DNA from: a virus
Lineage: Duplodnaviria > Caudoviricetes
Length of the DNA stretch: 44,827 bases
Virus record (IMG/VR): IMGVR_UViG_3300017747_002276
Coordinates: 1 to 44,827 of that record
Reading direction: 5' to 3' (one strand)
Made by a program: the position numbers and the translations under genes
Part shown: piece after piece, positions 42,552-44,827 of the stretch
How positions within the stretch are numbered: position 1 is the stretch's first letter
Layout of the letters: every line of letters starts with the position of its first letter
Notes under the pieces: model-generated
What the model was told of the DNA's origin: nothing
What the model saw: only the letters and a program-made list of their open reading frames with translations
Database searches by the model: none

Positions 42552-43235
42552 TTAGAACACCATCTCGTCGTCGGCTGCAAGCTCTTGACCTACGGTCGGG
42601 TCCTCAGCCGAAGCTGAGCCTTGGTAGCCCTTGAACGCTTCCGATGCCGATTGTCCACCAATCAGGCGGACGCCGTCTTTGATCCACATCACCTGATCGA
42701 GGTACGCCGTGACGCCCGGCTTCCCGTCGTTCACCGGATCGTACGCGACCAAGTTGAACTGCGGAAGGACCCATGCTCCAGCGTAGAACTTGCGTTCTGC
42801 GGCAGCGAGTGCGGCGTCGGCGAGTTCCTGGGGAACTTGCTTGGGGCCGAGGAAGATGGACAGGCGAGGCTGATACTTCGATTTGCCGTTGATGACAAGG
42901 GTGTTGTTGTAGTACGACCAGTCTTTACCCTTGGCGGTTCCTTTGGCGGCTTCCTTCTCGCCGGCCGAGAACGGCCACGCGAGAGTGCCGAGCTTCACGT
43001 CGGGCCACTTGGCCCGCGCAACAGCGGCGGCTTTCTGTTTGAACGCTTCGATCTCCTTCGGGTCGCTGATCAGGAACTGCGCGTTGAAGCGCGCCTCTCC
43101 CACTTCCTTACCGTTCCGCTTGACCTTGCTCGGCACGTACAGGCTGGAGCCCGAACGTTCCGCGGTCTTGACGTTGAAGACGATGATGCGGACTTCCTTC
43201 GACAGAGCGTATCTGCCGTCAACTTCGTTACTCAT
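42552..43235 (-). CDS. DUF2815-type ssDNA-binding protein
   Basis: SKYQP, FYAG.WV....AY...GKPGV.AYL..V..KDG.RL.G, acidic tail ending DDEMVF. AAGGA RBS. Confidence 0.88.
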   Translation of the reverse strand: MSNEVDGRYALSKEVRIIVFNVKTAERSGSSLYVPSKVKRNGKEVGEARFNAQFLISDPKEIEAFKQKAAAVARAKWPDVKLGTLAWPFSAGEKEAAKGTAKGKDWSYYNNTLVINGKSKYQPRLSIFLGPKQVPQELADAALAAAERKFYAGAWVLPQFNLVAYDPVNDGKPGVTAYLDQVMWIKDGVRLIGGQSASEAFKGYQGSASAEDPTVGQELAADDEMVF

Positions 43236-43259
43236 GGTATGCTTCCTTCTCTGTGGTTG

Positions 43260-44477
43260 CTATGAAGCGTCCGGTCCCGTGTAGTGAGCGAACGCTGATG
43301 CCGCGCTATCCACGGCAACACTGACACGCTTATCATGATCCGGCGCTACAGTCAATCCGGTCTTGGGAGAGTAGGCAAATTCCTTCGTGAACGATTTGCC
43401 CTTGGGGCCAAGTGCATCGATCTCTGCCGGCGACTTCTGCTCGGGCTTCGTCATGGCATCGTCGCCGAAGCGCTCGATCAGGAGCGTCTTGATCGGCACC
43501 GAAACCTCGACGCCGTCCACCATGCGCGGGATGTTGCCCACGAACACGCGGTTGCTGCGCTTCGGCACCAGCTTGGCCCCAGGGACCGTAGCGCCGCGGC
43601 TGAGACGCTTGAACGTCTCCTCCTCGTAGGCACGCTTGCCGATCATGGCGGCCTCTAGCAGCTCGTAGTTCATGCCAAGCTGCTCGTCCGTCATCTGCGC
43701 GACGGTCGCCGTGTTGGTCTGCGTCAGCGCTAGGAATAGGCCGGCGAGCATCGGGCACGCCACCTTGGCGGGACAGAAGCGGCACCATTCGCCGGGCGTC
43801 AGAAGCTTGTCGGTCTGCGCCTTGAGCATGGCGGGCTTCAGCACTTCGTCGCGCCACTTCAGCAGCTCCTCGGCCGTGGTCTCCCACTCGCGGATGGGAC
43901 CATCGGGGTGAAAGGCGCGCGGCTGCACAATGCGAAGTCGCACGCGGCGAGCGCCAATGCGCTTGGCGAGAACGCCGACCGCGTAGTACTTCAGTTGAGG
44001 GTTATCGATGGCGTCAACAGCAATGCCAACGCCGTACTTTAGGTCCGTTATGTCGAGGATCGCTGGGCCATCGATAACATCGTCGGCAGTACCGTAGAAG
44101 TCGTCGGAGATGGAGCTGTCCGACACCTTCTCCTCGATCAGGTGCTGCACATGAGATGGGAACTCTGCGCCGGCAATGTGCTCGGCCAACAGTTCCCGAA
44201 TTGTTTGGAGGTAGAGCTGCACCGCGTCAGCCATCTCCTTGTCCACGACTACGCCCTTGAACGTCATGCCAATGGTTTCCCATGTGTCGCATTCGTTCGT
44301 GAGGCAGTGGGCCGCGCACTCGTGCGCCGCGGTTCCCTCTTTGGCGAAGTCCGTGTCGTCGGACGGCGGCAGAGCGAGCAGGCGGATCAGCACCTGAGAG
44401 CCGGTGCAGTTCATCCAGCGCTCGGCGGACGAGGCCCCCAGCGGGGAATGCTCGGGCTTACGGGCTATGGTGCTCAA
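43260..44477 (-). CDS. DUF2800 / Cas4-like PD-(D/E)xK exonuclease
   Basis: HS.LGASSA.RW.NC, EGT.AH, GTAD, DLKYG.G, N.QL..YA, CRFC..K..CP. Confidence 0.92.
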   Translation of the reverse strand: MSTIARKPEHSPLGASSAERWMNCTGSQVLIRLLALPPSDDTDFAKEGTAAHECAAHCLTNECDTWETIGMTFKGVVVDKEMADAVQLYLQTIRELLAEHIAGAEFPSHVQHLIEEKVSDSSISDDFYGTADDVIDGPAILDITDLKYGVGIAVDAIDNPQLKYYAVGVLAKRIGARRVRLRIVQPRAFHPDGPIREWETTAEELLKWRDEVLKPAMLKAQTDKLLTPGEWCRFCPAKVACPMLAGLFLALTQTNTATVAQMTDEQLGMNYELLEAAMIGKRAYEEETFKRLSRGATVPGAKLVPKRSNRVFVGNIPRMVDGVEVSVPIKTLLIERFGDDAMTKPEQKSPAEIDALGPKGKSFTKEFAYSPKTGLTVAPDHDKRVSVAVDSAASAFAHYTGPDAS

Positions 44478-44746
44478 ATGCCGTCTCCTGCTACTCCGTC
44501 GTCAACGGGCGTCGGCGCAGTCTGCGTCTCGGGCACAAGGCCGAGGGCTTGCAGATCGGCGACGCACGCGCCCCAATTGTCGGCGACGGTCCATACGCTG
44601 AAGCTGTTTCCGATGTTGCTCCTGGTGGTGCCGTGCCTCTGCAACACGTTCGCCACTTCATGGCGCAGCCACTTCGCTCGTGTCTCGTGCAGTGTGCCAT
44701 CTTCGGCTTTGAACGCCTGCACGATGGGGTCAAGTGTCTTGGTCAT
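44474..44746 (-). CDS. Hypothetical protein
   Basis: Start MTKTLDP with RBS AGAGGAGG. AF.A.DG..H.T motif. Confidence 0.7.
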   Translation of the reverse strand: MTKTLDPIVQAFKAEDGTLHETRAKWLRHEVANVLQRHGTTRSNIGNSFSVWTVADNWGACVADLQALGLVPETQTAPTPVDDGVAGDGI

Positions 44747-44827
44747 GTAATCCTCCTCTATGTTCGCGCCGGCCGGCATCTTGTCACTTCAAGGTTGCAC
44801 TACGGGACTGTGCCCCGGCCGTCGCGA
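44705..44827. repeat. Terminal direct repeat, copy of 1-123
   Basis: Exact sequence identity. Confidence 0.97.

Noticed and set aside
43260-44477. Cas4-like gene as evidence of a CRISPR-Cas system
   Set aside because: It is the usual DUF2800 nuclease of the SSB-PolA-SNF2 phage module. There are no other cas genes and no array.

Overview
The window is an apparently complete ~44.7-kb podovirus-type dsDNA phage genome. Bases 1-123 are identical to 44705-44827, so the contig is circular and the unique length is 44,704 bp. It has four modules. (1) A minus-strand replication/nucleotide module wrapping across the junction (44746 down to 36683, and 3667 down to 130): DUF2800/Cas4-like nuclease, DUF2815-type SSB, family A DNA polymerase, RuvC-like resolvase, metallophosphoesterase, two degenerate MazG-like proteins, cupin, DUF5664-like dNTP diphosphohydrolase and SNF2 helicase. 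A prim-pol/AAA helicase gene (3722-5632) is transcribed divergently from it. (2) A compositionally distinct minus-strand putative early region (~10.5 kb down to 5.7 kb) of small genes, including a candidate SAM lyase and an HhH glycosylase-like protein, with RNase III-like hairpins and a dense cluster of (A/G)TCTGCCGG motifs. (3) A plus-strand T7/BPP-1-like morphogenesis module (10902-34215): TerS, TerL, portal, scaffold, capsid, cement, tail tubular A/B, three ejection proteins and several fibre-like proteins. (4) A lysis cassette (34280-36729). I saw no RNA polymerase, integrase, reverse transcriptase/DGR, tRNA or CRISPR array. Scarce GANTC sites and the promoter style suggest an alphaproteobacterial host (inference). 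All calls come from reading motifs by eye, without database searches.
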